The notes beneath the pieces were generated by a model. It saw nothing but the letters and a program-made list of their open reading frames with translations. It did no database searches and was not told the origin of the DNA. The translations under genes were made by a program, and so were the position numbers. From positions 13,565,807 through 13,629,806 of the forward strand of contig NC_134031.1 in assembly GCF_964204645.1 (NCBI RefSeq): a DNA stretch of 64,000 bases, read 5' to 3'. The stretch is from Tubulanus polymorphus (Eukaryota; Animalia; Nemertea). Position 1 is the stretch's first letter. Each line of letters opens with the position of its first letter. This document shows, piece by piece, positions 1 through 13,700 of the stretch.

Positions 1-818
1 GATTATTAGACCTATTCCTGGATTAGTTTAGGTGAATTTATGATGAGCATATCTCACTTCGATGTTATCAGACACCAGTTTGCTATATAAATTACCACAC
101 AATTTCAATGCTTTACCTTTGATGATTTAAGACATCTGTGCCCTAATAGCTTACTTAGATGCTTTGAAACATTAATTTAGTTAACTTATTAAGTTTAAGT
201 TTATAACTATTAAGTTTATCCATTGCCCACTTGCATGATAGTTCTCTCATGATATTTCTTGATGTATTCATTATATGTAATGAAATTAAATGTAAGTTCA
301 TAACATTTCTGAACTCATTCTACCGATTTTGATTGTTTTTAGCCCCATGAAAAATAAATGATGTCATCAAATTGAAAGCTATGTTTATCAACATTGTCAG
401 TACTGCTCATAAATTTTCCTTCGCCCTTTTTTATGTGGCCATTTTTTCCTAGGCCATTTCTTCCTAGGCAAATACCTTGGCCATTTTTTCCTTGGCCATT
501 TTTTTCCTTGGCCATTTTTTCCTACATTCATATTTCACAAATAACAAACATATACCTGTTCTCAAAGAAAAGATTACCTGTATCATGCCACATGAAAACC
601 TCTGATTTAAGTTCAGTGTCGAATTTCCGGTGCAGTTGATGATATGCGATGAAGACGGGGAATAATATCTTTCCGGGCTACGTCAGCAGAAAGCGAATTC
701 ATTAGACTTTTCGCATGACATTCGAGAGATAATCGAACCTTCATCCGCATACAAAAGTTATCCCGCTGCCATTCGTAAAATTACACGTCACGCGTAATTA
801 ATCTTATTTCATTCTCTC

Positions 819-853
819 ATTAGATTAGATTAGATTAGATTAGATTAGATTAG
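819..853. repeat. (TTAGA)n microsatellite
   Basis: Direct pentamer repeats. Confidence 0.9.
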
Positions 854-951
854 AAATGTCATTGTCCACAAAAAAATTTGCATTGACAAAAGTTGTTTCA
901 ATGGTTAGTGCACGATATCAATAAGTGTTATAAATGAAAAGTTGAGATTAA

Positions 952-1008
952 ACAGCAGCAGCGGCGGCGGCGGCGGCGGCGGCAGCAGCAGCAGCAGCGG
1001 CGGCGGCA
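952..1008. repeat. (GCA/GCG)n trinucleotide microsatellite
   Basis: Direct repeats; source of the spurious poly-Ala ORF. Confidence 0.9.
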
Positions 1009-1228
1009 TCAGCCACACCGGCAATGGACAGTGTTACATTAATTTTACACAATAAACACAATGCAAGTTTAAAGGTTACCATAAGCAACTGGTCACTAAT
1101 TTTCTTCGTGTGACTGGCCCCAATTAAATACAGACTGAAACGTTGAATAGTATTTATAGTCAATCAAAGAGTAACCATATGTAGGATAAATTATCTATTG
1201 TCAACCTGACGACATAGTTTGCTTAAAT

Positions 1229-1741
1229 GGGTAACAGGTAAAAATCCCCCCCCCCCCCCCCCGGTAAATATCCCCTGGCAAAATCCCCCTTAGGTAAAAA
1301 TCCCCCCTGGTTAAAAACCCCCAAATTTGATTTTACAGCAATTATCAACAAAATATTTCAATATTCTTATATTTCAGATTTTCCTTGATGTTTTTCACAA
1401 TATTCACCTTGGATAATCAATGACTTTGACCAGGCTACGTGCATAAAAATGACATTATTCTGTGACTTTTAGTTAGTAAAATGCATGAAAATGATATTAT
1501 CGTATTTCTGAAAATTTCTATGAAGAAATCTAGTTTAAAAGTAGCAAAATATATTTGTACCTATCTATGTATTATCTAAGTATTATTGTGAAAAGTATTA
1601 TCGGTTTTCATTTAGGTTTTTTACTTAAATTTGATAGAAAACTGAAATTGGGGGGATTTTTACCTGGGGGGGGGGGGGGATTTTTACCGTGTGGGATTTT
1701 TACTGGGGGGATATTTACCGGGGGGATTTTTACCTACATTC
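1229..1741. mobile_element. MITE with subterminal GGTAAAAATCCCCC repeats in inverted orientation at the two ends
   Basis: Repeats at 1237-1322 mirrored at 1650-1735; gcttaaa on both flanks. Confidence 0.6.
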
Positions 1742-3174
1742 GCTTAAAATGACATAATAGAGAGGTGTTCCGGGTTTCGAATAGTTTTTTAGATTTTCAA
1801 GGATTGGGATATTCAAAAAGTTACGCGGGAGTAGGAGATCTCTTGCTTCCGCATATGCAGGGCACTCTAGCAGGGCATGGCGTTCATCGCCTGAGATTTG
1901 CATATTGCACTGGTCACGTAACCTATCTTCCCTTAAAACTCTTCGCCTGCGACCTACTTCGATGGATAAACTGTGGTTACTGCATCTAAAGCGAACTAGG
2001 ATAATGCGGAAATTAATCGGAAGGTTAGTAGAATTCTTGCTCAAAGTTAGTTTTTATCTGATGTTGTTATGGGTCCAAAAATCTAATTTTTGCTAAAAAA
2101 TGAGGTTATAACTTTGATACGAAGTCATGCAATCTACTATGTTTATGTACAAAATGTGGCATCATGCGGCTAAAATCTGTTGGAAATGGAATTTTGAATA
2201 TCGCGTTCATTTAAGAGAAATCGACGAATTTGTGGCGATTTTTAAAGAAATTTCAAGGAGCATTTTGTTTCATAAAACGGCTAGATGACCGATGTACAAC
2301 GTTACATTGAAGTAAAATAACTGCTCCCTGCGGTTGCCTGAGCTTCCGCTGTCAATCAATGTAAGGGCATATTCGATTGAAGCAGACAAACCGGTCTTTT
2401 AATCTTCTCATCTATTAATCTGCTCGGTACTAGTTTCTCATTTCCCAGTCATGGGAGAGTCTTATATGTTTATTTTTAATTTGATAGCCGTAGTATCGAT
2501 TCCGTCTCCCCATATCTATTTCATTTTGCAAATTACCGAAGATTCAATCGATACGCTACTTCACGGAAGATTATGCGCGCAATATCGAATAGGCCCAAAC
2601 CTCGTGTATTGCCGCGATTATTGCTGATTAGATTTCGATGATGTTGTTCACCGAAATCAGCTGATTTTACACATCCATGAAGTGTTCAAGGAAAACCTTT
2701 AAGATGCATCAATCAGATGGCGCCTATACATTACAAAGATAACATTCTGCGCCCGAGATATTAAGATCCGCGGATCTCTTGTTAAGTATTGGTAAGTCAC
2801 AGCCTTTGGCGATTTGATACAATTAAGTCGCCACTTTTTAATAAACTGGTCTTTTCATCTAGGTTTTACCGACTGGTAAATAAATTCTGGACTAGGTATT
2901 GATTGAGCCAGAATTCGGCCATGCCAAAGTCTTCCAGTACACGCTTAATGCTAGACAACCAATTTGAGTCATTACCCTCTCTTGTCCCTGTGTAAAATAC
3001 ATACTATATTTTACTAAAGAGTTTTCTTATTTTTTGAGATAAGACTAGCCCAGTATTCAACCATTCTAGCTTTTACTTCGCATTCCAAAGGGGTTATTCC
3101 AGTCTCACCATACACCATATAATTTGGGGTAGAGCGGTTTAGTCTGAGAATGTATATACAAAAGGTTAGATGAA

Positions 3175-3435
3175 ATGAGGAGAGAATCCCACAATGATAA
3201 TAAAAAGTCCGAAAATGAAACTTCGAGATAGTAGTTTATTCAACGTTTCGACTATATCCTAATAGTCATCTTCAGGAATAATGAACATGAATAACATTAT
3301 TCCTGAAGATGACTATTAGGATATAGTCGAAACGTTGAATAAACTACTATCTCGAAGTTTCATTTTCGGACTTTTTATTATCATTGTGGGATTCTCTCCT
3401 CATCGCGTCAACACGGATATTGTGTTTTACCTATA
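3175..3435. mobile_element. Non-autonomous Penelope-like element: inverted pLTR palindrome plus short tail, 12-bp TSD GTTAGATGAAAT
   Basis: About 109-bp perfect arms 3175-3283 and 3295-3403; TSD at 3165-3176 and 3436-3447. Confidence 0.8.
3297..3342 (+). ncRNA. Minimal type I hammerhead ribozyme (mirror copy on minus strand about 3236-3281)
   Basis: Stem I TTATTC/GAATAA, core CTGAAGA, stem II GACTAT/ATAGTC, then GAAACGTT with palindromic ACGT. Confidence 0.85.
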
Positions 3436-4786
3436 GTTAGATGAAATTTTTCCATACTGCTAATATTTTCGAAGCCCCAAATTTCGCTGACATATAATAA
3501 AATCGGCTTCACAGGTGCGTCAAAAAGATGGAAAAACGCGTCAATACCCAAACCTAATTCTTGTGATTTTTTTAAAACGTGGAATAGAGCCTTTGGTCCA
3601 CTCTCAGCTAACGTTTTGCGGCATTTGACAATACACCAGTATAATTAAATATAACGCCAAGGTATTTAAAGTGGTCGACTATTTCGATTTCGCCCTTAGC
3701 TAAGTAAAAATTGAAATTGCCCCTGGATTTCATTTTCTAAAAATGATGACTAGTTTTATCCGTATTTACGGTCAGTTTCCACATGTTACAGTAGCTAACA
3801 AGTCTAAAGCCCTTTGAAACCCTTCAGCTGAGGCGGATATCACAACCGTATCGTCAGCATAAAGTAGAACCAAAACAGAGAGCCTAACCTTAAACCTGGC
3901 GTACGTACAACGTAACGATGTTGTTTAATACACTTCGGATTGAATTATTTGCGATTTCAGGATATTCAGAAATGTGTATGACTAATGATGTGTACACCTA
4001 CGCATAAAAAACATTTCGAGACAGCCGGAGACTCAATGAATTAACGCTGTATAGGATTCATGGCTCCGTGTCGGTAAAAACAATGGAGGAATAAAGTTGA
4101 AGCATCGTCGTCGTCATCGTCGTTGTCCTCATTATCCTGGTTACCACCCTCAATCGACAAGCTGATTATCCTGTTCGTTGCGGTTTTAAAATTTTGGTTA
4201 GACTAGAGAGTCGGGAAAGACTGATATGTCCTGCTTGAATGACATGGCTTCACAAAGATTTGAACCCACAACCTCTCGGCTGTGAGTCAAACACCTTATC
4301 CGCCAAACCACGAATACATGAATCGGCCATTAATCTAACTATCTTTATAAGTAAAGGAATTATATGTTGATCTTTTTTGCACGACCTTGGAATAGAGTCG
4401 TAAGTCGATTATGTAACGTTTTTTTTTTCATTTCTGTAATGTCAAAAAAACGACTTTGTACCCATAAAATCTTTCAAGTGAGCACAGGTTTTCATTCAAT
4501 AAACCCTAATGCATTCAGAGCCAGTAAGCGGGATATATGTCGGATTTAACTTTTGATAAACTTGTGAGTAACATTGATGATTATTTGAATAAACCTTAGA
4601 TTCAAAATAAATTTGCGGTGTATTGGAATTATACCGTATCAACGAGGCTGTGACCAATTGATTCTAATCAAACTTCATATGAATATGCGGGAATTGACTT
4701 GTTTTCTTATGGACCTAAGGTTTAGAGTGGTTTGATATCAAAATCATTGTTCAGTTCAGTTTATGTTAACAAAAATATCTTTAAAG

Positions 4787-7700
4787 GCGTATAATCTTGG
4801 CGTATACGGTAGAGACTACCAGTGGTTAGTGCCCGGATGGTTCGACGCTCATTGGTACGATATCAACGACACACGATGTACAATCACACAGGTAAAGATG
4901 GCACTGAACTATGCCTTCACTTTTTCGGACATGAAAGAAGATACAAGCAGCACACCCTCAATATCTGGACAGGTTAGTAGAAGTGTATTGAGAAAAAGCA
5001 ACAATTTCATGTCGATGTCGAATTGGTTGTCGCTGGTAACTGCTAATGACAGCGTCGTCGTAGGCAGATGGGTTTAGCAGAAATAAATGGAGAAACAAAA
5101 GAAAACAGATTTCTGTCCTCAAAAGCCGTCGTAATTTGACGATGAATTCAGATGTGCTTCTCTACATCGCCAAATCACCGATCAGTTTGTCGGGGCGGAC
5201 CATAGAACATGTTAAATCCAAATTCTCTTTTAAGGACAGACGTACGGAAACGTTACAATGGACGTGGGTTGAATTAAAACAAGAACATAATGTTTACCCC
5301 GTAATAAATCATTACGACTACACCCACCTCTGTCAATACAGAAGGAAAGTAACTTGTAATACATACAATCAAATGGCCATTTAAGAAATCATTCTTCGTT
5401 TCCTGCGCACAAATAATCTAGGTGCAATGTACGGTTAATGAATTGTGTTTAAAAAAACATACTTATTTTCTGTGATATGTTCGAGTCTATATTGGTGGAG
5501 AAACGATTATCAAAAACGCCTTTTTTCCACCAGAGTCGCAATTAAAGTTTATTATAGGATTGGTAGAGATTCTCTATGCAACGTTAGTAACGAGACGAGT
5601 AGTACTGTAAAGGTTAACTATTTATTTGATGCACGAGCTTTCGCTACTAATGTATAGAAGCTTCGTCAGGTGAATGAGTATAGTCAATAGAAAAACAACA
5701 GTATTTATAGGTGGACAGACACTTATTACAGAGAACTGAGTGAGAAGAGTAATTTCAGATAAATGATGAGTGACATGATAATTAATAACTAAGTGAGTGC
5801 GTAGATAATTGATTAATAACAGAACAACAAACTAAAACAAATCAAAGAGAAATAAATCAAAAAGAAACTATATCAAAGTAAAACAAACAGATAGTATCTA
5901 AGAGCAACGAATAACAAAAAATGGAAGTCCGAGATAAGTCTAGATACAATTGATAACAAACGAAAATATAGCTGCAAAGCAGCGATAACGGGTTTCCTGC
6001 ACAGTTCCTGTTCCACAGTTTCTGCACAGAATCCTGTTCAACGGTCAACACGGTTTTATAAAAGGAAGGTCGACAAACAGTCAATTAGACCTACTTGAAA
6101 CCATGGACAACTGGACCAGATGGCGTTATTTGACTCTGGAAAATCGACTGTAGGTCATAATTAGTCTTTATTGATTTCGACAAAGCCTTTGATAAGGTAC
6201 AAAATCAGCCATTGCTAAACAAGCTACTAGGAAACATTATCAATGATAGGTCGCTCAAATGGCTCAGCAGTTATAGCTGAACGAATACAGGTGGCCGAAA
6301 TCAACGGAACGCCTCATCTTGGAATAAGTCGGTCTAACTAGTGGAGTCACGCATGGTAGTATCCTAAGTCGTCTTCTCTTTATTGTCCCGATAAATGGCA
6401 TACTCAGCAAACCAAAATGTACCGGACTGAGTAAATTTAAAAAACGTCCTAAACAAGCTGTGTGCCATACATGGCCAGACACATGGATGATGGGCTTCAA
6501 CCTAAAAGGCATGATATAGATATTGGATACAAAGAAAACCCGGTTTCAGATTATTCTTTATGTTCGAATGAGAAGATTATTTTGTTTGAATAAAGATTAC
6601 TCATTATTATAATGAAAAGACTAATTAGTTTCACCAAACCTTTGCTTTTTGGAACGAAAATGCTTCGATGAAACAATATATCTGCTCGAACAAATAAAAA
6701 CTTAATGCTCTGAAATCTTGTTCAAATGAAAACAAATCTGTTTGATCGAACAATACGCTTTTCGTTCGAACGAAAACTTTTCATTCTGACAAGAAAATGT
6801 GTTCGAATAAAAAGCTATGTTATTGTTGAAATGAAAAACTTTTTGTCCTGATAAAAAATTTTCTTGAGCGAAAACAATTTTGTTTGAACGAATGTTTGAA
6901 TGAAAACAATTCTGTTTGATTGAACGAAATACTATATACTTTTGGTTCGAAAAAAAACTTTTTGCAATATACTTGTTCGAACAAAAACCGTAATGTTCTG
7001 ACAAAAAAATTTTGTTCAAATTAAAACGTCTCTATTCGATTAAACGATTGTTCGAACGAAAAACCTTTCGTTTGGACAAAAAAAAGTTTGTTCGAACGGA
7101 CACAACTTCGTTCTAACGATTTTTTCAAATTGGTTCAATCGAACAGAATATTATTGGTTTCGAACGAAAAATCGAGTGGTATCCATGTCAAGTCCGGTTG
7201 CTAGTGTGGCATGTAGGTTGCATACATATGACCTGAAAAAAACAAGAAAAGACAGAAACGGAGAGTACTCTGTTGATTTGAGTAAACAACAAGTTTTAGT
7301 TGTTTTGTCGCTTTGCAGTGGGTAGGAGGTAGTGAACCATTGATAGGTACTACTCTCGAACCATTATTCAGGATTAACCGCGGGTTATATAGCACAGGAT
7401 GTGCCTCATGATCCACTCCGGAACCTGACCCTTATAATGGATACCATTACAATTGGTAGGTTTCAGCTCCGGTTGTGGTATCTCAATGAAGCCAACCTTT
7501 TTCGCTTTGCGGTTAATTCGGGTGATGCGCCGCACAGTACCTGCGTTCCCTTCGAGACAGGGACTTCCAGGTGATACAGCGGAGCTTTGGGGTACCTCTT
7601 CCGCAACAGACTACGGAGCTCCTGGAGATCCATAGTGGTGTGTCTCCCAAACTCACGCGTGTGGTTCATACGGTGGTTGAATACGACAGCTGAACAGTTC

Positions 7701-10700
7701 ACCTGGACTCCCTTGAGATAGTCCAGTAGACCGCTGACTCGCTCCCCTGGATGGCTGATCGGAGTCACCAGGGAGTCGGCTCTCAGATTTTTAAACATGG
7801 AGTCCGGCAACAGTAGCACGGGCGGACGTGTTCGGATTGCTCGAGACTCAATCTTTTTTAGTTTCCTGTTTAAGTCCTCCGGATCACCACCGACTTTGTG
7901 TACCAAGGATTTCAACATTGTAGCCACCATGTCGAATTTGGGCCACGTAAGCCTTGGCAAGGACTTCGATAGGGCAGTCTTAATGCCCATCACCACGGCT
8001 CCTGTTACCAATGAAGCAGGATTCAAAAGTTCATCTTCTGCGGCTTCCACTAACTCATGACTGTCTGATGGTGGTGCGGTGTCAGGTCGTCGCAGAAAAT
8101 CACATACGGCTCGACTGAATGCTCGCTTCTTCTCGATTACAGCAGAACAACATTTTACTCGGTCTAATTCGACAGCTTCCATTTTGCTTTCTCAAGGCTT
8201 CACTATTATGAAGAAACAACAAATAATTCATCTAATAAAATATGTGGGTTATATACTAAATACGCCTTGAGTATATACATATGGCTATAGTATATACAGA
8301 TTTGATCCACCAGACTTCAAGTATGTGATCAGTCTCCTTAGTGGGCAAGTGCCAACTATCACAGTTGAACTATGCGGCACCTCGACAACCATTTGAGGGT
8401 ACTCGAGAAGCCAGTTGAGCTACTTTCGGCACAGGGGAAATCCCAAACCCAAGCCAACATTACTAAACCACTTAGGGTGGGCATTGTTTGCCTACTTGAC
8501 TGGCGACCGATTCATTTTCAGGGCACTCGAGGGCCCTCAACCCTTTTTCAGCCAGAATGACTTTTGTTTCCGGATCCGGTCCCAAGTTTCCATCCAGACA
8601 TCTTGGTTTCTGGGAGCCACTGAGCACACGAAGTCCCTCTGCCATGTAGGAGCCTTTACTGCAGCTCGCGGTCGGAGTCGTCCCCTGGCCGCTTGTCCCT
8701 CACCTACCGATTCTCCGTCGGATTCACCTTGTTCTGAGCCGTTTTCCTCGGCGAGAGTCGGTGGCTCATCTCGAGTAGGTGTTTCGGCTTGAATCCTTCC
8801 ATTCCGAGGGTGCGGTTCCACTGGAATCAGCTGATCCTCCTCCTCTTTTGTCTTGGTCTTTCCTGACTGAGTCTCCACCCGATAATTTACCTCAGTCAGG
8901 CTCTGTGTGACCACAAACGGGCCATACCACTTCCTATGGAACTTCGGGGCCTCCCCAGGCTTGACTGACTGTATCCCCAGGCTTGCTGTACTTGAGTGAC
9001 TGTATAGCCAGACTCTGTCATCCACTTGATAGCCACCGCGTGATGTGAATCTGTCATAATACTGTCGCTGGCACCGTTTAGCAACAGTCAATCTCTCCCT
9101 GACTGCATTATAGGCAGATTCAAGTCGGCCCGCGACACACCGGGCGTATTCTGTTGTGGACTAATCCGTCTCCGGGCTACCCAGCTCAGATCAATCGGGA
9201 GACTCATTTCACGTCCAAATGTCAAAAAGGATGGAGTCTCCTGTGATGACTGGACACTCAATCGGAATGCCATTAAGCATCCCGGAAGGTGGTCATCCCA
9301 GTCTTTCCCATTCTCGTCAACTGTCACCGTCAGCATCCATTTGATCGATTTGTTGAAATTTTCAACTTGTCCGTTCCCTTAAGGGTGGAGAGCAGTGGTT
9401 AAAGTTCGATGGATGCTGAGTAGCTGATTGATCTCCTTGAACACCCTCGACGTGAAATTGGAGCCCTCATCTGAATGGAGGCTCTCCGGGCAACCATATC
9501 TGCAGATCCACTCATTGATGAGTAACCGTGCCACTGTTTTCACTTTCTGGTTCCGCATCGGCCAGGCTTCCGGCCAGGCTTCCGGCCACTTAGTGAAAGC
9601 GTCCTGCACAACTAGTATATACTGGCTGCCTCTTCGTGTCCTAGGGTTTATCGGCCCTATCACGTCGATATGCAGACGCTGGTTTGCACGCCCAACAGGT
9701 GTCGAGATGAGTGGGGCCCTGGCCTTTCTAGGTGGGTTTTGCTGGTTTGGCAGGCCTTACAGCTCTGGACATATCTCCGCACCATACCTTTCAGGCCGGG
9801 GCACCAAAAACGTTCTTTGACTTTCTGGTCAGTTTTTTGTTTTCACCTAGGTGTTTCCCTGCAAAACCATCGTGTAACTCCCTCAGGGCGGTCTCATTTA
9901 ACTTACTCGGAAGTACAATCTGGTTCCTGGTGTATCGAGTCCCTGTTATGGGTGTTACACACGGCACATTGTCCACAACTAACAACCGCTCATAAATAGC
10001 TAACAGGCTCCTACTTATACGACCGAACTGTTGCATCTCATTTGTATTAGGTTTTGGCTGATTACTCAGCACCATTGTACGGACGAGGTCTATTTGTGGG
10101 TGTGCTGTCTGTGCACTCTCAATTTCTCGCACGTTCAAATCAGGCTTAACAGTTCCTGTCAGTTCCTGTATTCGTCGTATCGGTTTCGGTTCAGTCGGTC
10201 CACAACTGGAGCAATCACCATGACGTCTGACCTTTTTTTGGGAAACGAGACATGGCATCTGCATTCCCACGTTGCCTTCCGGGCCGATGCTGAATATCGA
10301 ACTGGTACTTTTCAAGGCGCTCGTTCCAGCGCGCAATCTGACCCTCCTGCTCCTTAAAATTGCTTAACCACTTGAGGGCCGCGTGGTCCGTCCTTACCAG
10401 GAATCTTTTGCCGAGCAGATAATGTCTGAAATGATGGATCATGTCTACTTAAGCAAGCATCTCTCGACGTGTCGTGCAGTAATTTTCTTCACTTCCTTTC
10501 AGTGTTCGTCCACTAGGCAATAACTCTCTCAACCCCCTGGCTATCTTCTTGTGAAAGGACACCGCCGATAGCCCAGTTGCTGGCATCAGTGTCGAGAATG
10601 AAGGTGTTTGCCGACGTACTGAAATCAGGGAATCCGAGAATTGGTGGTTTTGCAAGTGCCATTTTCAATCGCTGAAATGCAGACTCCTGTGCCTCTCCCC

Positions 10701-13700
10701 AATGAAACGGTGTTCCTTTCTTGGTAAGAACGTAGAGCGGGTGAGCAATCAATGAAGCGAGAGTAATATGCGACGAGTCCAATGAAACTCCTAAGTTCAG
10801 TTAAGTTGGAGGGCGCCGGCCAATCAACCACTCGCTGTACTTTCTCCGGATCAGTCTGGATTCCTGACCCGCTAACTATATGACCTAGCAATTTCAGCAT
10901 CCTCCGAAACAAGTGTCACTTCTTGGGTTTCAGCTTCAAGTTAGCTGCTCGGAAACAGGCAAAAACATCAACAAGTCGATTAAGATGACTTCCCAAGTCA
11001 GGACTGAAAACAATAACATCGTCCAGATACACTAAACAAGTTTTCCATGCTACGTGGTCCAAAACCAGAGCTATCAGCCGTGAAAACGACGCAGGTGCAT
11101 TGGTTAGCCCGAATGGCATGACGTTCCATTCGAATAAGCCCCTTTCTGTAGCGAAGGCTGTTTTCGCTTTATCTGCCTCACTCACGGGCATCTGCCAGTA
11201 CTTGCAAGATCGAGTGACGAAAACCACGTTAATTCCGCAAGCGTCTCAAGCGTCGAGTCAAGCCTCGGTAATGGATGGGCGTCTTTGACCGTGGCCTCAT
11301 TAAGTTTACGGTAGTCCACGCAGAATCTAATTGAGCCATCTGCTTTCTTTGCGAGCACTATCGGACTTGACCAAGCTCCATGTGACTCACGTATCAAACC
11401 CTGTTCTAGAAGTTGATCAGTCGTGTCCAACACAAATTTTTGTCGATGAGGTGGTATTCGACGAGGGTTTTGCTTAATCGGACGAGTATCCTGGGTGTCA
11501 ATTGCGTGTTCTAATAGGCTGGTGCGCCCCAGATCGAAATCACCTGTCGAGAAAACATGTTGCTCCGGATTACACTGGTCAATTCCTTTTTGGTCTCCTC
11601 CGGAATCCCCATATCCGCAATCTGCAAGTCATCTAGCATGGACTGGACCTTTTCTACAGGGATCGGACCCTGTGAGACTAAACGGTCTTGGTCACTCTTT
11701 TCGCCCTCATTAATCTGGGAAAAGGTCAGGGATTCAATCGGACTAAACCAGGCGATGGGTTGGTTCCTTTTTATCCACTGTGGCGAATCGGAAAAATTTG
11801 CTAGTCGCACCTGTCTGCGACTCTTCGATAGGGTTGCCACTACTTTCGCAGCCATCAGACCCGATGACTTTAAGTTCTCAATGGTACATGAAGTCAAGTT
11901 ATTACCCACGAATTTACGTCTCATTATACCACTAGTGACTATCTCCGTTACCGCCGGGATACACAAGGTCTTACTGGCGAAAATCCTGCAGCATCTGGCC
12001 TTACTCTATTTCGAAGTGGAATGCTAGCCGTACCAAAGGTAAGTTACTTTAATTTAAAATCAATCTTGCAGTTGAAAGACTCAAACAAATCACTACCAAG
12101 TAGACAATCTTGAGTAATATCATCTACAATAACCATGGAGATATCAAAGTCACGACCCCCTAATGTAAGCCGCATCTCTATCCCTCTTAGGTGAAGATCC
12201 TGTCCATTAGCTGTACTTAGGCATCCCTCGGTTTTTGCAGCTCGCTTACTGACTTTGTTTTACACGCTGCCCAGACTGAGGTCTTTAGGACAGTGACTGC
12301 AGCACCCGTATCGAGAAGGATACAGACCTCATCTTGGCTATTTATTTGGCCCGTACAATAAAGTCCTGAGTCATGAACGATTACATCGCCCACGGTGTAA
12401 ACACCTGAGCGCCCTCCGCTGGTTGTAGAGAGAGGTGAACCCTCCCCGGCCATTGTTGGTGGTGTGGCGTCCCCTGTCTCAGTTTCAATTTTCGATTCAT
12501 AGGTATGGGGGAGTGGTTCCAGTTCAGGTGATACCATTGCACCAGCCCTCTGGGTTAGGTTCGAGTCACCTGTAGGCACATCACCCAAAATCTGTTGCCT
12601 CATATGTCTTTGCGGTATTCGATATTTTCTTGTCGCATCAAAGTCATGGGTCTGCCCAGGGTAGGGTAGTCTTACTGGGTGGGGGTTCCCCTGCCCCTCT
12701 GAGAGCCGCCCCTGTCGTTTCCAGATGATGATAGTTTTGTGACTTGGCATTGACGGGAATCTTGTCGTCGTTGACCGCAGTTGTAACACTGGACCTGGGG
12801 GCACTGACTTCCAGGATGATCAGGCTCGCGACAGCGCCGGCATGTGTCGTCGCTCCGTTGTGGCAGTTGGTTCATCCTCAGCTCCATCGTATCCATTCGT
12901 GTGGCTAAGGACTCAACCTTTTGAAGGAGTTTAGTCATATCATTTTGGGGACTGACTGCTGCAATCTGGCCCGGTAGCTCCCTGCTGTACCACAGAAACT
13001 TTCTTTTTGCGGCTTTCTGCCGAACTGGAGCGGGTATCCATCAGCTTGTTATCCATGCAGGGTATCCATGTTCTTGTAATTCATCTGCGTAATGTTCGAG
13101 GGACTCCCCTCCACGCTGAACCCGTGCTTTCAGCAACATTTTATAGTCCCTCACAGTACGAGACGTGTTTAAAACGGTCATGCAGCCGGTCGCAAAAATC
13201 CATATATGACATATCAACTGGGTGCTGTAAATTCGACACTGCTTGATAAGCCTCACGATCGAGCCGCATTTTAAGATTTTTCTTCCGAGACGAACCCCCA
13301 TCCCTGCATAGTAATTAAACCGCTCCAACCAACTTCAAAAATTTTGCCCATTATTGTAGGGTTTTGGTGGTGGAATGCTTGACCGGCTATCACTCGATCG
13401 ACGACTCTCCTGATCTTTTAACGAATTTTGGATCATTTTATTTAGGTTGTCTAAAAACAACCCCTCGCCCGATGTGCTTGGTTCATCGTCACTGAGGTAA
13501 GCCTTAGCTCCTTGGTCTACGTTATGCGGTACCGATATTATTGGATACGAGAAGTGATAAATAAAAATATACAATATCCAAATTTAGGCCTACACTGATA
13601 ATTGCTGGCTGTAAGGACGGCTAGAGTCAGCAATCTGAGGTAAAAACACTGGAGATTAACTCAACAGACAGTGGCTAACTAATAACCGACACCAGATTAA

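Larger units (their letters stand above)
1745..3895 (-). mobile_element. Decayed non-LTR retrotransposon (RT 3' half and C-terminal Cys/His domain), interrupted by other insertions
   Basis: Minus strand encodes VLLYADDTVV (about 3845-3870), DHFKYLGVIF, and FRCSNHSLSIEVGR...DERHALLECPAY. Confidence 0.75.

Noticed and set aside
394-1752. Low-complexity ORFs (poly-Ala, PFFP and GGIFT repeats)
   Set aside because: They are translations of microsatellites and MITE subterminal repeats.
6560-7180. TTGTTCGAACGAAA-rich tract as a regulatory (heat-shock element) array
   Set aside because: It is a degenerate repeat inside nested transposons, not near a recognisable promoter.
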